The notes under the pieces were generated by a model. That model worked only from the letters and a program-made list of their open reading frames with translations. It was not told the origin of the DNA and did no database searches. 64,000 bases of DNA, taken from contig JBJHBH010000001.1 in assembly GCA_050485365.1 (NCBI GenBank), positions 1,101-65,100 of the forward strand, read 5' to 3'. Both the position numbers and the translations under genes were made by a program. This DNA is from Desulfuromonadales bacterium (lineage in GTDB: Bacteria > Desulfobacterota > Desulfuromonadia > Desulfuromonadales > JACZKF01). Numbering within the stretch: the first letter of the stretch is position 1; each line of letters opens with the position of its first letter. Below are positions 46,547 to 55,804 of the stretch, piece by piece.

Positions 46547-49500
46547 ATGAAAAACCGTGACGTTTTCCAGCGCGACCCTGGCAAAATCACCCTGCTGAAC
46601 AATGGGGTGGCGGCAATGACCGATGCACTGACGGATGAAGAACGAAAAACGCTGCGCTTCGAACTTGAACATTTCGTCTGCGAAGGCGAGTACCAACGAG
46701 GCCTTGTGCGCATCCTCAATTCCTATGTCAGCAACATGGGGCAATCGGAGCAGCCAGCGGCCTGGATCAGCGGCTTCTTCGGTAGCGGCAAATCCCATCT
46801 CGCCAAGATGCTGCACTATCTCTGGATCGACTACACCTTTGCCGAAGACGGGGCCACCGCCCGGGGACTGGCCCACCTGCCGGATGACGTCAAGGATCTG
46901 TTGCGGGAGATTTCGACTCTCGGCAAGCGGGAGGGAGGTCTGCATGCCGCCTCGGGGACTCTGGGCGCCGGCGCCGGCGACAGTGTGCGGCTCGCGCTGT
47001 TGGGAATCATCTTCCGCTCGGCAGGTCTGCCCGAAAGTTATCCCCAGGCTCGCTTTTGCATGTGGCTGCGCAAAAACGGCATCTACGATCAGGTCTGCTC
47101 CGATGTCGAGGCCGCCGGCCGCAACTTCCGTAAGGAACTCAACGACCTGTATGTGAGCCCAGTCATTGCCAAGGCCCTTCTAAAGGCCGATCCCTCCTTT
47201 GCCTCCGACGAACCCGGAGCCAAGGCCAGCCTGCGCGCCCAGTTTGCCAAGCCGAAGGACATCAGCAACGAGGAATTCGTTCTGGCCGTGCAGGATGCCC
47301 TGATGGTGGATGGAAAAATGCCCTGCACCGCGGTGATTCTGGACGAGGTCCAGCAGTACATCGGCGACGACACCAGCCGCTCCTACACCGTGCAGGAGGT
47401 TGCCGAGGCCTGCAGCAAGCGCTTCGGCGACGCCCTCCTTTTCGTCGGTACCGGGCAGACGGCTCTCTCCGGCATTCCCGCCCTCCAGCGTCTCCAGGGG
47501 CGCTTTACGGTGAATGTCGAGCTGTCGGACAGCGATGTTGAGACGGTCACCCGCCGGGTCGTGCTGGCCAAGCGTGCAGATCGCGTCGGAGAGGTCGAAA
47601 AAAAGTTGGACGAAAATTCCGGAGAGGTCGATCGGCACCTGAAGGGAACCCGGATCGAACCTCGCAGCGAAGATCATGCGGTTCTGACTGAGGACTACCC
47701 TCTGCTCCCGGTGCGCCGTCGTTTCTGGGAACAGGCCCTGCGGGCGGTTGACAAGGCCGGCACCGCCGGGCAGCTGCGGACCCAGTTGCGGATCGTTTAC
47801 GACGCCATCCGCAAGACAGCGGACGAACCCCTGGGTACCGTGGTGCCGGCGGATTTTCTCTTCGACGAAATCTCGGCCAACCTCCTGCAAACGGGGGTGC
47901 TGCTGCGTGAAATCGACGAAATCATCCGCAAGCAGGACGACGGCACGGCCGATGGGCGGCTCAGGTCTCGTCTGTGTGCCCTGGTTTTCCTGATCCGCAA
48001 GCTCCCCCGCGAGGCCGCAATCGACAGCGGAGTTCGGGCGACTCCGGACATGCTCGCCGATCTCCTGGTCGAGGACCTCTCCTGCGACGGCACCGCTTTG
48101 CGCATCAAGATTCCCCAGTTACTGGAAGAGCTGGTCGGCAAGGGGACCTTGATGAAGGTCGACAGCGGGGAGTACAGCCTGCAGACGAAGGAGAGCAGTG
48201 AATGGGAACAGGAGTTCCGCTCCCGGGAATCCAAGCTGTTGAACGATGTCACCCGGATGACCAGTAAGCGCAGCCAACTGCTGTCGGCCGCGTGTCAGAG
48301 CGCCATCTCTTCGGTGAAGCTGGCGCAAGGAAAATGCAAGGAGCCGCGCAGGCTCCTGCTCCATTTCGGTCAAGATGCCCCCGTGGAAAACAATCAGGAC
48401 GTTCCGGTCTGGATTCGTGACGAATGGGGGACGGACGAAAAGACGATGCTCGACGATGCCCGCGCCGCCGGCACCGACAGCCCCGTTCTGCACATCTTCA
48501 TTCCCAAAATCCAGGCCGAGCCGCTCAGGAAGCGGATTGCCGAGCAGGACGCCGCCAAGGGGACCCTCGACTTCAAGGGGGTGCCCACCACCCGCGAAGG
48601 AATTGAAGCCCGGGAGGCCATGCAGACCCGCCTGACCGAGGCTAGCCAGGGCCTCAATTCTCTGGTCAAGGAGATCATCGACAGCGCCAAGGTTTTCCAG
48701 GGCGGCGGCAACGAGCGCCTTGAGCTGACCCTGCTGGAGAAAACCCAAGAGGCGGCCAGAGCCTCATTGGATCGCATGTTCCCCGAGTTCAAGGATGCCG
48801 ACGACGCCCGCTGGAACAAGGTCATCCAGCAGGCCCGCGGCGGTGCCGAGAACCCCCTCGAAGCGGTCGACCACAAGGACAAGATCGACAAGCACCCGGT
48901 CTGCGCGGCTGTACTCACCTACGTGGGAAGCGGTAAAAAGGGAAAAGAGGTCCGAATCCATCTTGCAGACGCCCCCTACGGCTGGCCCCGGGATGCCGTC
49001 GATGCGGCCCTTATAAGTCTTTTTGCCTCGGGCCACCTGGCTGCATCCATCAATGGGGTGCCGCTCAAGCTCAAGGAAATCGACCAGAACAAAATTCCCG
49101 TCACCGATTTCCGGAGAGAAACGGCAACTATTGGGGCCAAGGATAAGATCAAGCTCCGGGGCCTCTATCAAGCGGCCGGGGTCCCCTGTAAGCCGAATGA
49201 GGAGATCGCCGGCGCCGGGGACTTCCTGAGCCGCCTGCTCTCTCTGGCCCAGGGTGCCGGCGGCGAACCGCCGTTGCCGGAGCGGCCGAAGACCGATCAC
49301 ATTTCGAAGCTGCAGTCCCTGGCCGGCAATGAGCAGCTCTCCGGCATCCTGGAGAAGCATGACGTGCTGAAGGCGAATGCCGAGGCATGGGAGAAGGCCA
49401 AATCCCTGGCCGAGAAGCGGCTGCCTGTCTATCGCAAGGTCCAGGACCTGCTGCGTCATGCCAAGGGGCAGCCCTTCGCCGCCTCTTTGCAGTCCCAACT

Positions 49501-49993
49501 GGATGCCATCGCCCAGGAGCGCCGCCTGCTCGATGCTGCCGACCCCATGCCGGCGCTCACCAAGGCTGTGGTCGACGGGCTGAGAACGGCCCTGACCGAT
49601 GCCGAATTTACTTACACCACGACCTATGATCAGGGAATGCAGGCCCTTGAGGCTGCGGAGAGCTGGCAGAAATTGTCCGAGACCCAATGTGCCGGCATTC
49701 TGGCTTCGGCCGGGCTGAACAAAGTCTCGAAGGGGGCGGTTGGCAATGAGGATGAGGTATTGGCCTCTCTCAATCGTCTGTCTTTGGAGGCGTGGGCCAC
49801 CAAAACCGCCGCCCTGCCCCAGCAGTTTGCCGAGGCCCGTAAGCAGGCGGACAAGCTGCTGGAGCCCAAGACCCAGCACCTCAAGGTCAGCAGCGGGACC
49901 CTGCGCACCCCGGACGATGTGGAGGCCTGGCTCGCCGAAACCAGGCAGCAGATTCTGGTCAAGCTGGGCGATGGCCCGATCGTGATTTCTTAG
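46547..49993 (+). CDS. brxC: BREX P-loop ATPase BrxC
   Basis: WISGFFGSGKSHL, ILDEVQQY, VGTGQ, YPLLP..FWE. Confidence 0.92.
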   Translation: MKNRDVFQRDPGKITLLNNGVAAMTDALTDEERKTLRFELEHFVCEGEYQRGLVRILNSYVSNMGQSEQPAAWISGFFGSGKSHLAKMLHYLWIDYTFAEDGATARGLAHLPDDVKDLLREISTLGKREGGLHAASGTLGAGAGDSVRLALLGIIFRSAGLPESYPQARFCMWLRKNGIYDQVCSDVEAAGRNFRKELNDLYVSPVIAKALLKADPSFASDEPGAKASLRAQFAKPKDISNEEFVLAVQDALMVDGKMPCTAVILDEVQQYIGDDTSRSYTVQEVAEACSKRFGDALLFVGTGQTALSGIPALQRLQGRFTVNVELSDSDVETVTRRVVLAKRADRVGEVEKKLDENSGEVDRHLKGTRIEPRSEDHAVLTEDYPLLPVRRRFWEQALRAVDKAGTAGQLRTQLRIVYDAIRKTADEPLGTVVPADFLFDEISANLLQTGVLLREIDEIIRKQDDGTADGRLRSRLCALVFLIRKLPREAAIDSGVRATPDMLADLLVEDLSCDGTALRIKIPQLLEELVGKGTLMKVDSGEYSLQTKESSEWEQEFRSRESKLLNDVTRMTSKRSQLLSAACQSAISSVKLAQGKCKEPRRLLLHFGQDAPVENNQDVPVWIRDEWGTDEKTMLDDARAAGTDSPVLHIFIPKIQAEPLRKRIAEQDAAKGTLDFKGVPTTREGIEAREAMQTRLTEASQGLNSLVKEIIDSAKVFQGGGNERLELTLLEKTQEAARASLDRMFPEFKDADDARWNKVIQQARGGAENPLEAVDHKDKIDKHPVCAAVLTYVGSGKKGKEVRIHLADAPYGWPRDAVDAALISLFASGHLAASINGVPLKLKEIDQNKIPVTDFRRETATIGAKDKIKLRGLYQAAGVPCKPNEEIAGAGDFLSRLLSLAQGAGGEPPLPERPKTDHISKLQSLAGNEQLSGILEKHDVLKANAEAWEKAKSLAEKRLPVYRKVQDLLRHAKGQPFAASLQSQLDAIAQERRLLDAADPMPALTKAVVDGLRTALTDAEFTYTTTYDQGMQALEAAESWQKLSETQCAGILASAGLNKVSKGAVGNEDEVLASLNRLSLEAWATKTAALPQQFAEARKQADKLLEPKTQHLKVSSGTLRTPDDVEAWLAETRQQILVKLGDGPIVIS

Positions 49994-50005
49994 GGAGGGG
50001 AGAGT

Positions 50006-53000
50006 ATGACCAGTCTGGCATCCACTCTGAGAAGCAAGCTTGAAAAGGTTGTTGTCGAAGCCCGCGACATCGCCGAAGAAGGCACCCGTGCCGCTATCGA
50101 AGCTTTGGCGGTCCATCACCACGAGCCCTACGGGCACATGTCCCCCGAGGATCGAGCCTTGCGGAGCCGGCTGCGCGCTCATGCCCGGCAACTGGGGGAC
50201 CGCAAGGATCCCAAAACAGGGCAGAAGATCGATCGCCTGGTCACCGAATGTGCCTATGAGCACTGGCACCGGATGCTGTTTGCCCGCTTTTTGGCCGAAA
50301 ACCATCTGCTGATCGAGCCGGAGAGCGGAGTGGCCATCAGTCTGGAAGAGTGCGAGGAGATCGCCAAAGAGGAAGGTGTCGATCCCTGGGCCTTGGCTAG
50401 TCGCTATGCCCAGCAGATGCTGCCGCAGATTTTTAGGCAGGACAATCCGGTACTCCAGATCGCCCTCGCCCGGGAGTACCGTCTGAAACTTGAGAAGCTG
50501 CTGGACAGTCTCGATCCTGCCGTTTTCACAGCCAGAGACTCTCTGGGATGGGTTTACCAGTTCTGGCAGAGCAAGAAAAAGGAGGAGGTCAACAAGTCGG
50601 GAAAAAAAATCGGGGCTGATGAGCTGCCGGCGGTGACCCAACTCTTTACCGAGCCGTACATGGTCAGCTTTCTCCTCGACAACTCCCTCGGAGCGTGGTG
50701 GGCGGCGCGGCGATTGAAAGGAGATGATTTAAAAAACGCGAATACCGAAGAGGAGTTGCGGTGCAAGGCCGCCATCCCCGGTGTGCCGTTAAAATACCTG
50801 CGTTTTGTTCATTTGGAGGATGGCAGTTGGACCTCTGCCGCTGGCACCTTCGATGGTTGGCCAGAAAGTCTGAGTGAGCTGAAAATCCTCGACCCGTGTT
50901 GCGGTTCCGGCCATTTCCTGGTTTCGGTTTTCCTTATGCTTGTGCCCATGCGGATGGAGCTGGAAGGCCTTTCCGCCCGCGAGGCGGTGGATGCCGTTCT
51001 GCGCGAGAACATCCATGGTTTGGAAATCGATCAGCGCTGCGTGGAGTTGGCCGCGTTTGCCTTGGCATTCACCGCTTGGAAGTACCCAGGCGCATATGGC
51101 TATCGCATGTTGCCGGAGTTGAATGTGGCCTGCTCTGGTTTGTCAATCAGCGCTAAGAAAGATGACTGGCTTGCCTTGGCTGGTGACAACATCAATCTGC
51201 GGCTCGCGCTGGAAGAATTATATAAACAGTTCAAGGATGCACCGGTCCTCGGCAGTTTGATCAACCCGGAAGCAAGTTTGGGAAAGGGCTCGCTATTTGA
51301 GCTGAACTGGAAAGACATTGGTCCATTAATTACTAAGGCGCTATCCGATCAAAATGATGAGGAAAAAAGCGAACTCGGTGTTGTTGCAAAAGGTACGGCA
51401 AAAGCAGCAAAAATCCTTGCAGACCAATTTTATTGGATCACCACCAATGTTCCGTTTAAGGAAACTAAACAACTATCAGAGACTACTCAAGATTTCATCG
51501 AGAAAAACTATGCAGCGGGAAAGGCAAATTTAGCTACAGCCTTCGTCCTGAGAATTAAAGAATTTCTCTTTAATGATGGCACGGCCTCGATTGTCACTCC
51601 CCATGAATGGTTGTTTTTGAAGTCGTATAGTAGGGTTAGAGAGAACCTTCTAAAGGGTTCTGTTTGGAACAGTCTTGCTGATCTTGGAGAGCATGCTTTC
51701 GAAAGTTCTCAAGCCGCCGGAGCATTTACTGCATTAATTTCGTTCTCTAATAGCCGTAGTTCACCCGAAGATGTATATCTTGGCATAAATGCAACTACAC
51801 AGAAAGGTTCACTTGAAAAAAGAAAATATCTTATTGACTGCCTAGTTGAGAGATATTCCCAAAAGCAGCAGCTCTCAAATCCCGACTATAGGATTGGTTT
51901 ATTTGAATCAAGTGATCATCCGTTACTTTCAAGGATTGCCGGATCTTACGTTGGTCTCCAAAATGGAGACACTCCGAAATTCGTATTTTACTTTTTCGAA
52001 TTGAATTGGCCAAATTCCACGTGGAATTTTTTCCAATTGCCGTGTGCGCTTCCTGCCCATTTCACCGGAAGAGAAGGTGCTCTACGATGGGAGCAAGGAA
52101 AAGGTGAACTACAAACATCTCCTTTAGCGTATATTAAGGGGAAAGAAGCATGGAATAAAAGCGGTGTTGCGATAAGGCAAACTAGAACACTTCCGGCAAC
52201 GTTGTATTCCGGCGATTTGTACGATCAGTCGAGTGCGGCAATCGTCCCGGCGAATAAAGAATATTTGCCTGCTCTTTGGGCATTCTGCACAAGCCCTTCT
52301 TTTCACGACGAAGTGAGAAAAATCGATAAAAAGAAGAATGTGACAAATGCAACACTGGTAAAAATTCCGTTTGATATTGATCACTGGACTAAAGTTTCCG
52401 AAGAAAAATACCCAAACGGGCTTCCCAAGCCCTACTCTGACGACCCTACCCAATGGACCTTTCACGGCCATCCTTGCGGCTCTGTAACTTGGGATGAGGC
52501 GACGAAGTGGACGGCCCACGGCCCGTTACGCAGCGACAACACCGTGCTGCAAGTCGCCGTAGCCCGCCTCCTCGGTTACCGCTGGCCAGCAGAGCTGGAC
52601 CCAAACATGGATTTGGCCGAAGAACAGCGTGAATGGGCGAGCCGCTGCAAAGCTCTGCTTTCCTACTCCGACGATGGCGGAATTATTTGTTTGCCTGCAA
52701 TTCGAAAAGAAGATGCTGCGGCAGATCGTCTTGCCCATTTCCTTTCCGTCGCGTATGGCTCAGAGTGGTCACCAGCGAAGGAGCATGAACTTCTGGTTGC
52801 AAGTGGCTCCCAAGCGAAAGTGTTGGATGATTGGCTGCGCAATGATTTTTTCGAACAACACTGCATACTTTTTGCCCAACGCCCGTTCATTTGGCACATC
52901 TGGGATGGACGCAAACGTGACGGTTTCCATGCTCTGGTGAATTACCACAAGTTGGTAGAAGGGGGCGGCAAAGGGCGAAGGCTGCTTGAAATGTTGACCT

Positions 53001-53443
53001 ACAGCTATCTTGGAGACTGGATTAAAGCCCAGCGGGACGGAATCAAGCAAGGAACTGGCGGGGCCGAAGATCGCCTTTCCGCTTCTCTGGAATTGGAAAA
53101 ACGCCTCAAGGCAATCCTCGCAGGCGAACCTCCTTTCGATATCTTCGTGCGCTGGAAGCCAATCGAGGAGCAGCCCATCGGCTGGGAACCGGACATCAAT
53201 GACGGTGTCCGACTCAATCTCCGACCCTTCATGGCCGATGATATTCCCGGAGGCAGAACCGGCGCCGGCATTCTGCGCTGGGCGCCGAACATCAAGTGGG
53301 ACAAGGATCGGGGCAAGGATATTCCCTCCGCTCCCTGGTACCCCGTCTTCAAGGGTGAACGCATCAACGATCACCACCTGACCATTGCTGAAAAATGGGC
53401 GGCTCGTGAAGCAGCACAGCAGGAGAAGAGAGGGAAAGGCTGA
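50006..53443 (+). CDS. pglX: BREX adenine methyltransferase PglX/BrxX
   Basis: LPAVTQLFTEPYMV, motif I LDPCCGSGHFL, motif IV variant TNVPF, low-GC central target-recognition region. Confidence 0.92.
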   Translation: MTSLASTLRSKLEKVVVEARDIAEEGTRAAIEALAVHHHEPYGHMSPEDRALRSRLRAHARQLGDRKDPKTGQKIDRLVTECAYEHWHRMLFARFLAENHLLIEPESGVAISLEECEEIAKEEGVDPWALASRYAQQMLPQIFRQDNPVLQIALAREYRLKLEKLLDSLDPAVFTARDSLGWVYQFWQSKKKEEVNKSGKKIGADELPAVTQLFTEPYMVSFLLDNSLGAWWAARRLKGDDLKNANTEEELRCKAAIPGVPLKYLRFVHLEDGSWTSAAGTFDGWPESLSELKILDPCCGSGHFLVSVFLMLVPMRMELEGLSAREAVDAVLRENIHGLEIDQRCVELAAFALAFTAWKYPGAYGYRMLPELNVACSGLSISAKKDDWLALAGDNINLRLALEELYKQFKDAPVLGSLINPEASLGKGSLFELNWKDIGPLITKALSDQNDEEKSELGVVAKGTAKAAKILADQFYWITTNVPFKETKQLSETTQDFIEKNYAAGKANLATAFVLRIKEFLFNDGTASIVTPHEWLFLKSYSRVRENLLKGSVWNSLADLGEHAFESSQAAGAFTALISFSNSRSSPEDVYLGINATTQKGSLEKRKYLIDCLVERYSQKQQLSNPDYRIGLFESSDHPLLSRIAGSYVGLQNGDTPKFVFYFFELNWPNSTWNFFQLPCALPAHFTGREGALRWEQGKGELQTSPLAYIKGKEAWNKSGVAIRQTRTLPATLYSGDLYDQSSAAIVPANKEYLPALWAFCTSPSFHDEVRKIDKKKNVTNATLVKIPFDIDHWTKVSEEKYPNGLPKPYSDDPTQWTFHGHPCGSVTWDEATKWTAHGPLRSDNTVLQVAVARLLGYRWPAELDPNMDLAEEQREWASRCKALLSYSDDGGIICLPAIRKEDAAADRLAHFLSVAYGSEWSPAKEHELLVASGSQAKVLDDWLRNDFFEQHCILFAQRPFIWHIWDGRKRDGFHALVNYHKLVEGGGKGRRLLEMLTYSYLGDWIKAQRDGIKQGTGGAEDRLSASLELEKRLKAILAGEPPFDIFVRWKPIEEQPIGWEPDINDGVRLNLRPFMADDIPGGRTGAGILRWAPNIKWDKDRGKDIPSAPWYPVFKGERINDHHLTIAEKWAAREAAQQEKRGKG

Positions 53444-55803
53444 TGATCACCTCAGCGAAAACTTCCGACCCGATGAAGTTGACTGTTCTGGAGGCGCTGC
53501 GCGACTCGCTCACGGCAGCCGGTCGCTACAATCCCAACGACATGGTTCGGCCGGCGGTGATTCTCTGGGCTGATCCCGAAGGCCAATGGAGACCTGTCGT
53601 TCCTCAGCTGCAAAGCCTGATGCCGGAGCTGCTCGCCTTCGGCGTTTTTCAGCCTGAGAAGAAAACCGGCCCGGCGATCTGGCTGCGCTGCGCCATTGAG
53701 AGGACTCTGCCGGAGGTGGAAATCCCCGAGCGGGCGGTTCCCATCATCTATTTGCCCAACATCAGCCGCCAAAACCTGCGTAACCTGCACGAGTGCCCCG
53801 ATTCGCTGAAGCCGCTGGTGGAGCTGCAATATCGCGGCACCATTTGGGCGCAGAAGAACGGCAAGGATTGGACGGTTGAAGCTTTCCTGGTCTCGGAGGA
53901 TGGCGGCCTTGGGCTGGATCTGGCGAAAGACGCCCTGACCCGGGCAGCGTTGCAGACGGCCCTGACGGAAGTGATTGCCCAGCCCATCGCCAAGCTGCGC
54001 GGGAAGCGCCTGGAAGCGGATGACTTCGACAGGCTGATGGTCCAGGACACGGTCAAGGAACTCCTCATCTGGCTGAACGCCCCCGAGGAGGTTCGCGCCG
54101 CCTGGCAGGACGGCAAGTGGAGCGCCTTTCGGTCGCGCTGCAAGGCCGACTTTGGGTTCGACCCCGAAAAAGACGGCGAACTGGCCGGCGGTGAATCGCT
54201 GGGGAAAAAAGAAGGGAGTTGGGACGCCGTCTGGGAGCGTTTTGCCGAATCGCCGGCCCTCTATCCAGGCATTCCGGACCTGCTGCGTAAAGCCAAGCCC
54301 GCCTCTGGTGACCTGTTCGAGGATCAGTCGAGCTGGCCGCAGCAGAACGAAGCCATGGAAGAGGACCTGCGCCGGCAGTTGAAGGAGCTGGAGAAAGTGG
54401 CAGCGCCACAGGCGCGGCAGAAAATTCTGGAGATGGAAAATGTTCATTCTCCCCGGCGAGACTGGGTCTGGGCTCGGCTGGGGCACTCCCCCCTGGCCTT
54501 TGCCTTGAGAGCCCTCGCCCAGCTGGCCACGAAAACGGAGAGCGGACTTGGCGGGGCCTCGGTCAAGGCGATGGCGGACCTCTACACCGGGGGAGCCTGG
54601 GAAGCCGATGCGGCCCTTCTGGAGGCACTGGCTTCGGTAAAGAGCGCGGCGGACTACCAGGCTGTGAGCTGTGCGGCGCACAGCATCTATCTCCCCTGGG
54701 CGCAAAGCAGTGCCGAACATTTCCAGCGGCTCCTTGTCAAGGAACCTCTGCCGACCTATGGCAAGGCCGGGAGTGAACCGATTAAGCCCACCAAAGGGTG
54801 CGTGATCCTCTTCGCCGACGGTCTACGATGGGATCTTGCCAATCTGCTGGCCAGCCGCCTTAAGGAGAAGGGTCTCAATCCCCAACTGGCCCAGCGCTGG
54901 GCTGGCGAGCCGACAGTCACCGCAACCGCCAAGCCGGCCTTGGCCCCCGTTGCGGCCAAACTGAAGGGAACCACTCCGGGGGAAGATTTCCTTCCTGAGG
55001 TCGACGAAACTGGCCAAAACCTGACCCCCGACCGTTTCAGGAAGCTGCTGGAGGCGGAGAAGGTCCAGTATCTAACCGCCGGCGAAACCGGGAACCCGGC
55101 CGGTTGTGCCTGGACCGAGCAAGGGGAGCTGGACAAGCTGGGGCATTCCCTCCAGTCCAAGCTCGCTGGTCGGGTTCAGGAGCAGCTTGATCAGATTGTG
55201 GAGAGGATCGAGGGTCTGCTGGAAGCGGGCTGGAAAGAAATCCGTATCGTCACCGACCATGGCTGGCTGCTCATACCCGGTGGTCTGCCGAAAGTTAACA
55301 TGCCCAAGTATCTGACCGAGACCCGCTGGTCGCGGTGCGCCTCGATCAAGGACGGCTCCAAGGTCGAATGCCCGACCGTCCCTTGGTATTGGAATCCCTC
55401 GCAGCATGTGGCGGTCGCTCCGGGAGTACACAGCTTCTTCGAAGGGAACGAGTACGCGCATGGTGGGACCAGTCTGCAGGAATGCCTGATTCCGGTTATC
55501 ACCCTGAAGGCGGAAGGCAAAGCAGGAGCCACCACGGCCACCATCACCGAAGTCAAATGGATCGGGTTGCGCTGCAAAGTGATCGTGGGTGAGGCAGAAC
55601 AGGGGATGAAGGTCGACTTGCGCACCAAGACCAATGATCCCTCTTCCAGCCAGGCCCAGCCGAAAACCGTCGCCGCGGACGGTACGGCGAGCTTGCTCGT
55701 GGAGGACGACAGCCTGGAGGGGACGCCTGCGGTCGTCGTTCTGCTGGATGCCGCCGGTCATGTGATCAGTAAACAAGCCTCCATCATCGGAGGGGAGGAT
55801 TGA
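53443..55803 (+). CDS. pglZ: BREX phosphatase-fold PglZ (type B-like)
   Basis: ILWADPEGQW, LFADGLRWD, PTVTATAK, IVTDHGW, YAHGGTSLQE; TGATG coupling to pglX. Confidence 0.92.
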   Translation: MITSAKTSDPMKLTVLEALRDSLTAAGRYNPNDMVRPAVILWADPEGQWRPVVPQLQSLMPELLAFGVFQPEKKTGPAIWLRCAIERTLPEVEIPERAVPIIYLPNISRQNLRNLHECPDSLKPLVELQYRGTIWAQKNGKDWTVEAFLVSEDGGLGLDLAKDALTRAALQTALTEVIAQPIAKLRGKRLEADDFDRLMVQDTVKELLIWLNAPEEVRAAWQDGKWSAFRSRCKADFGFDPEKDGELAGGESLGKKEGSWDAVWERFAESPALYPGIPDLLRKAKPASGDLFEDQSSWPQQNEAMEEDLRRQLKELEKVAAPQARQKILEMENVHSPRRDWVWARLGHSPLAFALRALAQLATKTESGLGGASVKAMADLYTGGAWEADAALLEALASVKSAADYQAVSCAAHSIYLPWAQSSAEHFQRLLVKEPLPTYGKAGSEPIKPTKGCVILFADGLRWDLANLLASRLKEKGLNPQLAQRWAGEPTVTATAKPALAPVAAKLKGTTPGEDFLPEVDETGQNLTPDRFRKLLEAEKVQYLTAGETGNPAGCAWTEQGELDKLGHSLQSKLAGRVQEQLDQIVERIEGLLEAGWKEIRIVTDHGWLLIPGGLPKVNMPKYLTETRWSRCASIKDGSKVECPTVPWYWNPSQHVAVAPGVHSFFEGNEYAHGGTSLQECLIPVITLKAEGKAGATTATITEVKWIGLRCKVIVGEAEQGMKVDLRTKTNDPSSSQAQPKTVAADGTASLLVEDDSLEGTPAVVVLLDAAGHVISKQASIIGGED

Positions 55804-55804
55804 T

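Noticed and set aside
48764-54720. Antisense ORFs 48764-50641 and 53452-54720
   Set aside because: Shadows of brxC, pglX and pglZ without independent motifs.
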